Positions 40,501 to 52,454 of a DNA stretch of 64,000 nt are shown piece by piece. A model generated the notes under the pieces. The model searched no databases, had not been told where the DNA came from, and saw only the letters and a list, made by a program, of their open reading frames with translations. Origin of the DNA: Macrostomum lignano (lineage: Eukaryota). Both the position numbers and the translations under genes were made by a program. Each line of letters opens with the position of its first letter. Positions within the stretch are counted from its first letter, which is position 1. The stretch covers positions 1-64,000 of the forward strand of contig NIVC01003563.1 in assembly GCA_002269645.1 (NCBI GenBank). The letters run 5' to 3'.

Positions 40501-41820
40501 TATTCTTAGATTGTATATATTGCACAATATAAACATTTGGTAAAAAATAGGCTAATTAGGCAATGGCAAGCAAAAATATTGACTTTTTTCTATTTTCCAA
40601 ATATGTCCATCTTATATGGAATGAGCCTAATCACCATTTTGGCCAAAATGCCTATAGCCAAACTGGTTTATAAGCAAAATGGACTATGGGCAAAATGGTC
40701 TAGGGGCAAAATATCCATGGCCAAAATGGTTTAGGAGCAAAACAACTAGAATTTGTAGTAGGTCTATATAGGCCTAAAAGGTCTATAAAATGTTAAACCA
40801 AATAGGCTTGTAAATATTTTTTTAAATTGCTAACTAGGGGCCTAACTTAACTCATATTAGGTTTAGCCTGGCTAGATAAACATCAAATTTTAGCAATAAG
40901 CTTTGTTAAATATTATTCATAGTAAAAATGGCTTAAATTTTCTTCTTTAATCCCTTTATATATTTTAGGCATAACTATTCTTTAAAAAGTATTTTTATTA
41001 TATAAAGTACATATTTTGGTTATTTTTGTTGGATTAATGCTATTCTTATTATTATTGATAGATAAAGGATAGTCCTAGAAAGCTTAAAAGTATTGTGCAT
41101 AAAAATTTGATAGAGCATAAGTAATAAGTTGTAGTATAGAAAGAACAACTTTTTAAAGTAAAACTATAATTTTTAGGCCTAACTATGGCCCTAAAGCATA
41201 AAGGCCTAATAGGCAAAATTAATAATAATAAATCTTATAGAGTCCTAAGTGTTAGCCTAGATTTTAAGTCTTTAACTATAACATGCTTAATAAACAAGCT
41301 TAAAATCCTCTAGTTTAAAAGGCATAAAATTTAATATATATAAACTAGAAGTTACTCATTAGTTTATCAAAAACAAAAGTTAAGACAATAATAAAAATAT
41401 TTTTGTATTCTTATGCAACTATAAGCCTAGGTTCAAAGTTTGTTTGCTTTTTTATATGCTTAATAATAAGTTATCCATGTATATTATATTTTCTCTAGGA
41501 ATAATATTGGTAAAGGACTTATTGTGTTATAATTTCATTTGGGTTTATAAAATATTTTTATACCAAATATAAATTGAATTAATAAAGGTCTAGCCATATA
41601 GTTTTAATATATATGCTCCTAGTTATTGCTTCTAAAAATATGAGCTCATTGTTGACAAGAGAATCTTAAAAATCAAGAAATCAACACTTTGGTGGCTAGT
41701 CTTTGCATTGGCAATAGGTCTAGATAGCAAAATCCATAAAGGTCACACACAGCCTAGTCTTGTGCTTATATTTATGAACTATTGATTCTTAGTTCAATAG
41801 ACTGCTGAGTTGACACAGTC
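37560..41820. other. AT-rich, severely CpG-depleted domain of decayed repeats
   Basis: About six CG dinucleotides in ~4.2 kb by hand count, with many TAGG/CCTA/GGCC words. Confidence 0.8.
39415..40755. mobile_element. Two inverted, CpG-decayed copies of a 15-bp-array MITE (about 39415-39535 and 40625-40755)
   Basis: AGTTGTTTTGCC...AACCATTTTGGCCAT(A/G)GA..TTTTGCC..TAGACC is alignable between one copy and the reverse complement of the other. Confidence 0.6.
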
Positions 41821-41829
41821 TTTAGTGGG

Positions 41830-42824
41830 AATCTGATCAGACACTCTCCAATCTCATTAGAGACTCCTTAATTTCATCAGAGACTCTCCAATCTCATTGT
41901 AGACTACTAAATCTCATCAGAGACTTCTCAATCTTATCCGAGACTCCAATCTCATCAAAGACTCTCCAATCTCATTGTAGACTACCAAATCTCATCAGGC
42001 TCCCCAATCTCACCAGAGACTACCCAATCTCATCAGATACTCTCCAATCCCATCAGAGACTCTCCAATATCATCAAATACTCTCCAATCTCATCAGAGAC
42101 TCCCCAATATCATCAAATACTCTCCAATCTCATCAGAGACTCCCCAATATCATCAGATACTCTCCAATCTCATCAGACTCTCCAATCCCATCAGCCCAAC
42201 CTCATCAGATACTCTCCAATCTCATCAGATACTCCCCAATCTCATCAGATACTCCCCAATCTCATCAGATACTCTCCAATCCCATCAGCCCAACCTCATC
42301 AGATACTCTCCAATCTCATCAGATACTCCCCAATCTCATCAGATACTCTCCAATCCCATCAGCCCAACCTCATCAGATACTCCCCAATCTCATCAGAGAC
42401 TCTCCAATCCCATCAGAGACTCTCCAATCTCATCAGATACTCCCCAATCTCATCAGAGACTCTCCAATCCCATCAGAGACTCTCCAATATCATCAGATAC
42501 TCCCCAATCTCATCAGAGACTCTCCAATCCCATCAGAGACTCTCCAATATCATCAGATACTCCCCAATCTCATCAGAGACTTCCCAATATCATCAGAGAC
42601 TCTCCAATCTCATCAGAGACTCCCCAATCTCATCAGATACTCCCCAATCTCATCAGATACTCTCCAATCTAATCAGAGACTCCCCAATCTTATCAAATAC
42701 TCTCCAATCTCATCAGAGACTCTCCAATCTCATCAGAGACTCCCCAATCTCATCAGATACTCCCCAATCTCATCAGATACTCTCCAATCTAATCAGAGAC
42801 TCCCCAATCTTATCAAATACTCTC
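41830..42824. repeat. 19-20-bp minisatellite (CTCATCAGAGACTCTCCAAT)n
   Basis: Direct reading, ~50 variant copies. Confidence 0.95.
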
Positions 42825-43084
42825 TTAGTAATCATGTCTCTAAAATAACCAGAAACATGCAAATATAATCAGAGACGCCTAAATTAACCAGGGACACCAA
42901 ACGCATAGACAAGTCTCTTAAAAAACGTCTTAAATTTGTTATCAATCTGATTTAAATATGATTTATTACAATACTATGAGTATTTGTTTTTAATATTCTT
43001 CCGATTGCTAATACATTTAAATGAATTGTGTAAAACTAAATCGTATGCATGATCAGCCCTCTGACCAGTTGCTTGTCCTGCCAG

Positions 43085-44470
43085 ATGTCCGAACAGAAGC
43101 GCGGCAGCTCGGCTCGCAGTTTAAAAGTGCACGCCGAGGAAGACTTCATAGCCGATCTTGAGGCCATTGTCGAACGGGATTTCTATCCCGATTTGCCTAA
43201 GCTACGCGCCCAGCAACGCTATTTGGATGCTCGGGCCAGCGCCGGTAGCGCCAGCGTTGCCATGGCTACGCCGCTGCAGACTCCGGTTCCATCGGCTGCC
43301 GGAGAGAGCATCAGCTCAGCCTCGCAGCATCAACAGCAGCACCAGCAGCTGCCGCCCTCAGTCGGCCTGGACTCCTACCTCACCGGCAACACCTCCGAGG
43401 ACAACGCCTCGTTCCAGGCCCTGCTAGATGAATCTGAGCGCCGCAGGCGAGTGAAATACGCTTGGTTCTACCAGCAGGCCGATGCTTTGAAGGCAATCAA
43501 ATCTGCTGACGAGGCCGAATCAACTGCCGCGTCTTCAACGTCGTCCACCATCGCCGCTGCTGTGACGTCAACAGCGGCGGCGTCGTCTGCGTCAAGCTCG
43601 GAGGCCGTCACGGCCGGCCTGGACTCGTGGACTGGCTACCGGGTGCGCAGCGCCCTCATGTACTCTCCTGACGATGCCGACGCTGACGATGGCCGGGCGC
43701 TGGCCGCCCTGCCGGAGACCCGGCGCCAGATTGTGCACGCCAATACGCGCTTTCGACAGGCGCCATTTTCGCGCCCAACTGGAGAGGCGCCAACAGCATC
43801 ATCTGGCGCCGCTTTTACTGTCGGCGCTTCCAACCCTTCGACAGGTTTTGACGGCGTCTTTCGTCGTCCCGGCGTCCCTGGCCGAATTGGGCCGGACGGC
43901 CGCGAGCTGAGCACCGGCGCCGCGCCCGGCCGGACAGCGGCTGCCTCGGCCGCCTATCTGGCCACGCCGTCGCCGGCGCCCGGAGTCGGCGAGTCGCCGC
44001 TGATGACTTGGGGCGACATCGACGGGACGCCTTGTCGGCTAGACGACGCCGCTTGCCTGCACGGCGCCAGCCCGGCAGCAGGGGCTTCGGGCTCGGCCAC
44101 GCCGTCCGGCGGAGGCCTGCCGTACTTCCGCATCCCGGCCATGCCGACTGTGCAGCTGGCCGACCGGCTCGGCCGTCAGCGCCGGCTCGCCAGGCAGCGC
44201 GACGCGGCCGTCAACGACGCCAACGCCGCGAAAGCGAAGGCAGCGGCCGCTGGTGGCAAGTCGCCTTCGCCAGCCTCGATGGGACTCAGCCCGGCTGCCA
44301 AGCGCCTGCTAAAGCGATCGGCTGCCCCGGCGTCCAGCTTCGGTGACAAGGCCCTGCGCGCCTCCTACCGGCCGTCGCCTTCGCCGTCTCGCCGACCGGG
44401 CTCAACATCGGCGCCGGCGTCCACCCGGTCCAACGCCTCGCTGACTGACGGCCTGCTGTCCGACGCTTAG
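43085..44470 (+). CDS. ESS2: Splicing factor ESS-2 homolog (DGCR14), coding region intronless
   Basis: EEDFIADLEAIVERDFYPDLPKL, LDSYL...TSEDNASF, PGVGESPLMTWGDIDGTP and SPAAKRLL motifs are characteristic of ESS2/DGCR14. The ATG at 43085 directly follows the acceptor tgtcctgccAG. Confidence 0.92.
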   Translation: MSEQKRGSSARSLKVHAEEDFIADLEAIVERDFYPDLPKLRAQQRYLDARASAGSASVAMATPLQTPVPSAAGESISSASQHQQQHQQLPPSVGLDSYLTGNTSEDNASFQALLDESERRRRVKYAWFYQQADALKAIKSADEAESTAASSTSSTIAAAVTSTAAASSASSSEAVTAGLDSWTGYRVRSALMYSPDDADADDGRALAALPETRRQIVHANTRFRQAPFSRPTGEAPTASSGAAFTVGASNPSTGFDGVFRRPGVPGRIGPDGRELSTGAAPGRTAAASAAYLATPSPAPGVGESPLMTWGDIDGTPCRLDDAACLHGASPAAGASGSATPSGGGLPYFRIPAMPTVQLADRLGRQRRLARQRDAAVNDANAAKAKAAAAGGKSPSPASMGLSPAAKRLLKRSAAPASSFGDKALRASYRPSPSPSRRPGSTSAPASTRSNASLTDGLLSDA

Positions 44471-44852
44471 TCCGACAATTGCTGTGCCGGCCACCTGCTG
44501 CTGGCATATGTTAATAGAGCGAGTTTGTAGGGGATTTTCCACCGTGTACTTAGACTGGCTACTAATAGTAGTATTGCGATGTATTAGTACTTTTATTATT
44601 CAGTAAATACGTTAAATTGATTATGTATTTTGTCTCAATAGTCGTCTTTCTTATATGTACAAGTGTAGCCAATCACTATGGTTTCAAAGCCTTAGGCTGC
44701 GTCCCTAGCGTGGGAGGGTTGAACTTCTAAAAAGCTAGAATGCTCCTGCTTAAATCTTCTAGAGGACGTACCCAATTCATTTTGTCCTTGGTTGTTATGG
44801 TCATTTCCTGGCACCCTCGCAGGGCAAATGGAGATTTTTGACAACCAACTAG

Positions 44853-45335
44853 TCTCCTGACAACTCAACAGACTCCTGACACCTCAACAGACTCCTGACA
44901 CCTCAGCAAGACTCCTGACACTTCAACAGACTCCTGACACCTCAACAAGACTCCTGACACTTCAACAGACTCCTGACACCTCAACAAGACTCCTGACACC
45001 TCAACAGACTCCTGACACCTCAACAGACTCCTGACACCTCAACAAGACTCCTGACACTTCAACAGACTCCTGACACCTCAACAAGACTCCTGACACTTCA
45101 ACAGACTCCTGACACATCAACAAGACTCCTGACACCTCAACAGACTCCTGACACCTCAACAAGACTCCTGACACTTCAACAGACTCCTGACACCTCAACA
45201 AGACTCCTGACACCTCAACAAGACTCTTAACGCCTTAACAAGACTCTTAACGCCTCAACAAGATTCCTGATACCTCAACAAGCTTTCTGACACCTTAACG
45301 AGACTCATAAAACCGCAGTAAAAGTCCTGACACCT
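44853..45335. repeat. 19/20-bp minisatellite (CTCAAC[A]AGACTCCTGACAC)n
   Basis: Direct reading. Confidence 0.93.
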
Positions 45336-46013
45336 CAGTGGAGGACTCCGACTTTTATACCTCATCAAGACTGCTGAAACCTTACCAAGACCCTGACTGA
45401 CACCGACCGAGACACCCCTGGCCATAAACCTAAAGGGACACCTTATTGTTTATAATCCCAGACTGGATTGTAATGAGTGCAGCATCTTGTAACTAGCAGA
45501 TAAACAAGATATTTACATGTCAAAGCCCTTTGTCTTCGTTCAAATTATCAAACCATAACTTCATTTATGGTTTTATGCTACTCGTAACAGTTGAAAACAT
45601 TGCGTTACTTTAATTTTTGCACATTTTTAATAAGAGAACATTTTCATTTTGCGTTGAAATTGTAGCGCTGGCGGAGGGCGCCGCTCGGCGGTACGTAAGG
45701 CCTGACCCGACCCGGCCTGGCTCAAAAGTTTTGCCGGACCTGGTAGATGAGCAGAACAAAAAACAAACATAAAATTATAATTGTCTTTTGAAAGTCTGAT
45801 GTCGGATCTCTGGCTGATGGCTCCGGCTGAGTTCGCTGAGCAGGGGGAGACTCTGGCGGTCACTGGCGGCCTGACTGACGGTGCCCTGACCTGATGGGAG
45901 AATTAGGGAGAGAAAGAGAGGAGTGGGATCCGCATGGCCGACACGCGTGAGTCCTTGCTCTTCTGCTGCTGGAGATGTACTTCATAGTACCTACTTTTTG
46001 CTAGCGTTTAGTA

Positions 46014-48122
46014 CAGGGGTCGGCAGTCTTTTACTCCAGGGTGATATTAGAGAAAAGGAGATGGAGTAGAGGACCCATTGAAAATGTTTCCGTGACAATA
46101 ATCGCTAAAGAGTCATTGCAAACTACTCACTAGTAACACTAGTGACTCTTGTGACTATTTAACGACTCAAATGATGCGACAGAGTCAGAAAAAAGTCCAA
46201 GAGTCGTTGTGTTAGCGCTTATCTCTCTACTAACCCAAGTAGACTAAATAGAGTTGTTATAAATGCGAAATGTGGTTCTAATTCATTAAGTGACGCAGTT
46301 GCGCTTTAGGCGCAACTAATTGACTATACGGCCCCAGAGTCATTCTAGTGGCGCCCCAGAGTCATTCTAGTAGCGCCCCAGAGTCATTCTAGTGGCGCCC
46401 CAGAGTCATTCTAGTGGCGCCCCAGGATCATTCTAGTAGCGCCCCAGGATCATTCTAGTAGCGCCCCAGGATCATTCTAGTGGCGCCCCAGAGTCATTCT
46501 AGTAGCGCCCCAGGATCATTCTAGTAGCGCCCCAGGATCATTCTAGTAGCGCCCCAGGATCATTCTAGTGGCGCCCCAGAGTCATTCTAGTAGCGCCCCA
46601 GGATCATTCTAGTAGCGCCCCAGGATCATACTAGTAGCGCCCCAGGATCATTCTAGTAGCGCCCCAGGATCATTCTAGTAGCGCCCCAGGATCATTCTAG
46701 TAGCGCCCCAGGATCATTCTAGTAGCGCCCCAGGATCATTCTAGTAGCGCCCCAGGATCATTCTAGTGGCGCCCCAGAGTCATTCTAGTAGCGCCCCAGG
46801 ATCATTCTAGTGGCGCCCCAGAGTCATTCTAGTAGCGCCCCAGGATCATTCTAGTAGCGCCCCAGGATCATTCTAGTAGCGCCCCAGGATCATTCTAGTA
46901 GCGCCCCAGGATCATTCTAGTAGCGCCCCAGGATCATTCTAGTAGCGCCCCAGGATCATTCTAGTAGCGCCCCAGGATCATTCTAGTAGCGCCCCAGGAT
47001 CATTCTAGTGGCGCCCCAGAGTCATTCTAGTAGCGCCCCAGGATCATTCTAGTAGCGCCCCAGGATCATTCTAGTAGCGCCCCAGGATCATTCTAGTAGC
47101 GCCCCAGAGTCATTCTAGTAGCGCCCCAGGATCATTCTAGTAGCGCCCCAGGATCATTCTAGTAGCGCCCCAGGATCATTCTAGTAGCGCCCCAGAGTCA
47201 TTCTAGTAGCGCCCCAGGATCATTCTAGTAGCGCCCCAGGATCATTCTAGTAGCGCCCCAGGATCATTCTAGTAGCGCCCCAGGATCATTCTAGTAGCGT
47301 CCCAGGATCATTCTAGTAGCGCCCCAGGATCATTCTAGTAGCGCCCCAGGATCATTCTAGTAGCGCCCCAGGATCATTCTAGTAGCGCCCCAGGATCATT
47401 CTAGTAGCGCCCCAGGATCATTCTAGTAGCGCCCCAGGATCATTCTAGTAGCGCCCCAGGATCATTCTAGTAGCGCCCCAGGATCATTCTAGTAGCGCCC
47501 CAGAGTCATTCTAGTGGCGCCCCAGAGTCATTCTAGTGGCGCCCCAGAGTCATTCTAGTGGCGCCCCAGAGTCATTCTAGTAGCGCCCCACAGTCATTCT
47601 AGTAGCGCCCCAGAGTCATTCTAGCAGCGCCCCAGAGTCATTCTAGTAGCGCCCCACAGTCATTCTAGTAGCGCCCCAGAGTCATTCTAGTAGCGCCCCA
47701 GAGTCATTCTAGTAGCGCCCCAGGATCATTCTAGTAGCGCCCCAGGATCATTCTAGTAGCGCCCCAGGATCATTCTAGTAGCGCCCCATAGTCATTCTAG
47801 TAGCGCCCCAGGGTCATTCTAGTAGCGCCCCAGGATCATTCTAGTGGCGCCCCAGGATCATTCTAGTAGCGCCCCAGGATCATTCTAGTAGCGCCCCAGG
47901 ATCATTCTAGTAGCGCCCCATAGTCATTCTAGTAGCGCCCCAGGATCATTCTAGTAGCGCCCCATAGTCATTCTAGTAGCGCCCCAGGGTCATTCTAGTA
48001 GCGCCCCAGGATCATTCTAGTAGCGCCCCAGAGTCATTATAAGCAGACACAAACCTTAAGCGGGCTGAATTGCTATCGCGAAATTTCAAAGGACCCGAGG
48101 GCCCGATAGAGAGGCTTTGCGG
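46014..48122 (+). mobile_element. hAT/Charlie-like non-autonomous element with an ~81-copy 21-bp array (GCCCCAGGATCATTCTAGTAGC) at 46331-48038
   Basis: The left end CAGGGGTCGGCA is a Charlie-type TIR. The right side has a CCCGAGGGCCCGATAGAGAGGCTTTGCGG subterminal-like tract, but the TIR itself is missing. The array is certain; the element limits are inferred. Confidence 0.6.
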
Positions 48123-48559
48123 ACATTATTATTAGATATTATTACACAAGCAGAGCAGCATACAAATCATCCTTACTACAAGTAGTCAGATTTGCGTTTT
48201 GTTTAATTTTTGTTTATGTAAATACATTTTGTTTAGGCTAATCAGGCTGAGATGCATTCTATGTTTCTTTTGAGTTGTCTACTGTCTTCTGTCTCTGCTG
48301 GGTGTTATAATAATTTATTTAAGGCTATATTGGTTGAGCATGTGGCTGAGAGATTCTTCGAAGTGTTTAAAAATCTACGTCGAAGATGTGTCTTTTAAAA
48401 TGTAGAAGTTTATGCCGGTTGGGTTCTTTTTACAAACGTGGGTTCCATTTTAGTAGCATTTATATACATATTTTATGCTTTAAATCACTTGAAGTATTAT
48501 CCTTATCTTCTTATTCTCACTCAATGGAATCTTGAGACAAAGTTGTATTAACAAATCTA

Positions 48560-49135
48560 ATCTCATTAATCAAATCTAATCTCACGACTTGAATCTTTAT
48601 CTCTCATCACTCGAATCTAATCACATTATCCATATCTACTCTCGTAACTAAAATCTACTTTCCTGACTCAGATCTCCGCCCATGACTCAATCTAATCTCA
48701 TAACCCAGATCTACTCTCTGACTCACATCTACTCTCATGACCCAGATCTACTCTCATTACTCACATCTACTCTCATGACTCACATCTACTCTCATGACTC
48801 ACATCTACTCTCATGACTCACATCTACTCTCATGACCCAGATCTTCTCTCATGACTCACATCTACTCTCATGACTCACATCTACTCTCATGACCCAGATC
48901 TACTCTCATGATCCAGATCTACTGTCATGACCCAGATCTACTCTCATGACTCACATCCACTCTCATGACCCAGCTCTATTTTCATGACCCAGATCTACTC
49001 AACTCAAGTCTACTCTCAGTCTCATGACCCGAATCTAATCTCATAACTCAAATCTAATTTGACTCAGATCTACTCTCGTGACCCAGATCTACTCTCGTGG
49101 CTTAGATCTACTCTCATGACTCGAATCTAGTTGCA
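48560..49135. repeat. 19-20-bp degenerate minisatellite (ATCTACTCTCATGACTCAC)n
   Basis: Direct reading. Confidence 0.9.
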
Positions 49136-49195
49136 TCACTCTAATTCAATTTTATCGCATTGTACCAATTGAAAGAAACCAGCTGTGGCTGCTAT

Positions 49196-49252
49196 CTGAC
49201 TAACCCCCAGTTCCCCCCCCCCTCCCGCCTTCTCTTAAATGATCACTTCCAG
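49196..49252 (+). promoter_or_regulatory. Branch point, polypyrimidine tract and 3' acceptor upstream of the SR gene
   Basis: CTGACTAAC, then a C/T tract, then ttccAG at 49251-49252, 73 nt before the ATG. Confidence 0.6.
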
Positions 49253-49325
49253 CTAGCATCGGCCTCGGCTCTTCACTGACAGCACTGCTCTGTACTCTTG
49301 AGACTCGCCAATCAGCACCAGCGAC

Positions 49326-51680
49326 ATGCCACGCGGTCAGCGACGACTGTTCCTTGGCGGCGTAGCCGACCGGGCCTCCAAACGCGACATCGAGCGCTTC
49401 TTCCGTAGCTACGGTCGCTGCGTTGAAATCGTGATGCGCACCGGGTTCGCTTTTGTCGAACTGGAATCTTCGCGCGACGCGGAGGACGCCGTGGCAAATT
49501 TGAGTGGCCGCGACCTGTGCGGCGAGCGGATCAGCTTGGAGTTCGCCAAGTCCGACGGCGCGCCGAGGCGGCCCAGGGGTGGCGGCGGCGGCGGCGGCGG
49601 CAGCGGCGGTCGCTACGGGCCGCCTGTGCGCACCAACCACCGACTGCTGGTGAAGAACCTCAGCACCGGCGTCAGCTGGCAGGATCTGAAGGTGAGTGAC
49701 GGGGGGGAGGTCCTGAAATTTTGTGTATTTCTGGGCCATACTGTACGTTTGTCACGTCGGTAGCAAAGGCACATACTGCAACTACTAATAGTAGTTGACT
49801 ATTGAATGTCCCAGATATAGGAGTATGTACCCGATAAAAACGGCACCCAGGCGACTTTTACCGTGACATCTTACCGGGGCAATGCAAGTGACTCTGGGAT
49901 GCTTTGAAGAGTTTGGTCGGGAGGTGATCAGTCACCCGAAAACTCCACTCCCAGACACTTGAGCCTGGGAACAAAATCAGTGATCACTTACTGTTGCGGG
50001 CTCCTCTTCTTTGTCGCGCGTGTCTGTAGAGCTCCTCTCCGTAGAGCTGTTCCTCCCGGGGTAGTCTTCTTTAAGTCTAGAATCAGCCGAAAGCGAGAGC
50101 GTAGCAATAAAATCGACGTCGCAGTATTCCTCGAGTGCAGAAATCAATATCAACGATGCGCACTAATAACAAAATCAATTCTATAGCAATACGAGGTCCT
50201 CCAGAAAGGGCGTCTTCTTCTAAAACTAACGGAATCGGAGTCGTGTGCTCCTATCGGTTAATCTGGGATAATCCAAAATCGATAACTCGATAATCCTCTA
50301 AGGGTATCGGAATCGGTCCGCAGATCCTATCCAATCCCTTAGGAAAATGGGAGGCCTCAAACTCAATAGACTCAATAAAATCGACTGAACAGTAACGGCC
50401 GGCAATAACAATCGCTCTCAATAATCAAAATAGCGAAGACTTGAACAAAGCTTACCAATTGGTGTTTATCTCTTTCTCAGAGATATAGCCTCGTTTGGCT
50501 GCTCTAGCAAAGCCCAAGATCTTTTGAGGCTGCTCCGAGTCTGAGATTTCAGCTCGGATTTTGCGTTTGTATTTATACACAATTTGTCGGCCTTGAGTCG
50601 ACCTTGAGCTCAAAACCGGTTTTTTTTATGAGTTCACGAAAGGAATTTTATTATTTGACAGGTGAGGTTTTTGAATAGAAAAGGGCGAGACTTAAGTCAC
50701 ATTCAGGTTAACATTTACCATATTTGGAAGTTCTAAAAATAAATGTCGAGAACAGGTTTTTCGAACAATAGCATAGTCACTCGCTGTTTGCGTGATATTA
50801 CTGGTATTACTAAAAATAGAGTATGACACATAGCTATTTTTAAATTTGTATTCATAATTTTATCTTACTACTTCTAGTAGGCTACCATGTTTGGAGATCT
50901 CTACAGCTTCTTGGCCTGGGTGTCCCTCCTTAGCCTAATGTCAGTTTCTCCAGTTTACTGTAATCAGTCTTAGAAAACATTCGCTATCTAGACTCGATCA
51001 ACTTCTACTTTTCCCTCTTCCCTGTGCTCCGCCAGGACCTGATGCGCCGCGCTGGCGAGGTGATGTACACGGACGCCCACCGGCCCAACCGCGGCGAAGG
51101 CATCGTGGAATTCGACAGTCGCTCGGACATGAAGCGGGCAATCGAGAAATACGACGGCTACGAGTGGCACGGCAAGCGGCTGCAGGTGAGCGCTGACTCC
51201 GGCCGCTCCCGGTCCCGGTCCAGGTCCCGCTCGCGCAGCCGCGACCGTCGTCCGCCGCGCCGCTCTCGATCCCGATCGGTGTCCCGCTCGAGGTCCCGCT
51301 CGCCGCCGCCGGCCCGCAGGCGTCGCGACGATTCGTCGCCCTCGCCGAAACGGTCGCGCAAACGCGACTCGCCGGACAATGCCGGCAGAAATGGCGGAGG
51401 TGTCGCCCGCTCGAAGTCCCGCTCGCGATCCCGCTCCAGGTCCCGGTCCGCGTCCCGCTCGCGATCCCGATCCCCGCTGCCCGCCAAAGGGGCGGCCAAA
51501 TCCAAGTCCCGCTCGGCTGACAAGTCGCGCTCGCCGTCCCGGTCTCGGTCCCGCTCGGCCTCTAATAAGTCCCGCTCGAAGTCCCGCTCGGCCTCCGGCT
51601 CGCGCTCTCGGTCCGGCTCGCGGTCCCGCTCGCGCTCCCCAGCTGCCAATAGCGAGGATGGAGCCAACGGCGGCCAGTGA
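49326..51680 (+). CDS. SRSF4/5/6: SR splicing factor, SRSF4/5/6 (SRp40/55/75, B52) family, 336 aa; exons 49326-49691 and 51036-51680
   Basis: RRM1 (RLFLGG...GFAFVE), Gly linker, [18 protein letters not shown], and pseudo-RRM SWQDLK|[15 protein letters not shown] split by a phase-0 GT-AG intron; long RS domain. Confidence 0.95.
49860..50701 (-). mobile_element. LTR-like insertion (copy C) in the SR gene intron
   Basis: Minus-strand AAATTGTGTATAAATACAA is identical to copy A; a GGTAAG donor lies ~110 nt downstream as in copy B; candidate start TGTGACTTAAG. The other end and TSD are not resolved. Confidence 0.5.
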
Positions 51681-52454
51681 TCCTGGCTTGATGGAGAATG
51701 GAATTACAATAAAAAAAACCCGCAGTTTGACCCTGTTTGTTGTGGCCCCATTATTCCGAATAGCTTGCTGACTGTTGTCTGTCCTTCATGGGTCTGTAGC
51801 TGTAAGTCTGCACTGTCCTAAGCTGTTTTACATCACGTTTTAACTGCCGGATGTGTCCTGGCCTCCTGTCGCCATCGTAACCAACTCAACTTCGCAGTTC
51901 AAACTCCGACTCTCGTTTCAATATAAATTCGTGCAAAGACCACCAGTCTAAACAGTTGGTACTACTGATCCGTAGTAGTATGTTATGTATCTTTTTATAG
52001 TGTGTAGTTTTCTAATTAATATTTAGCGTAGTCCTATATGTTATTCAACTTTTAGTAAGAATTCATAGTAAAAATATCAAAGCAAGGTTAGGCTGGCTTT
52101 TATTATAAACCACCTCTATCTTATCGTGTTAATTTAATCAACGTCAAATTTATATTCGTTGTGTAAATTTTAATTTTTGTCATCTGTGTGAAAGGGCGAG
52201 TTTCGTGGAAGTTATTCTAATCTAAATACAAAATGCAATGATTTTGGCTCTAATGTTGAAGCCTTGTGTTCAAATAATAAGTATGTAACTTCCCTTGTGT
52301 TTTGAGAATTGCAGTTTATGAGGAATCAGTGTATTGCTTTGATCTCATTTGCTTTGAAAAAGCAAACAGCATGAAAATTTTCTGTTTAGATGCGTATCAA
52401 AAGGTAAACACTGGGTCTGCCTTCCATCAGAAGCAATAACAATTTTTGTTCTGT

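Noticed and set aside
37560-41820. Fungal-style RIP (CpA>TpA) hypermutation
   Set aside because: The alignable decayed repeats are explained by CpG deamination alone, and no CpA-specific excess could be shown by eye.
43049-43084. Upstream ATG for ESS2 given by the ORF track; likewise starts at 58837, 27055 and 20827
   Set aside because: Each extension runs through a polypyrimidine tract and acceptor AG; the spliced models fit better.
51158-51771. Antisense and alternate-frame ORFs over the RS domain and over ESS2
   Set aside because: They are shadows of GC-rich repetitive coding sequence.
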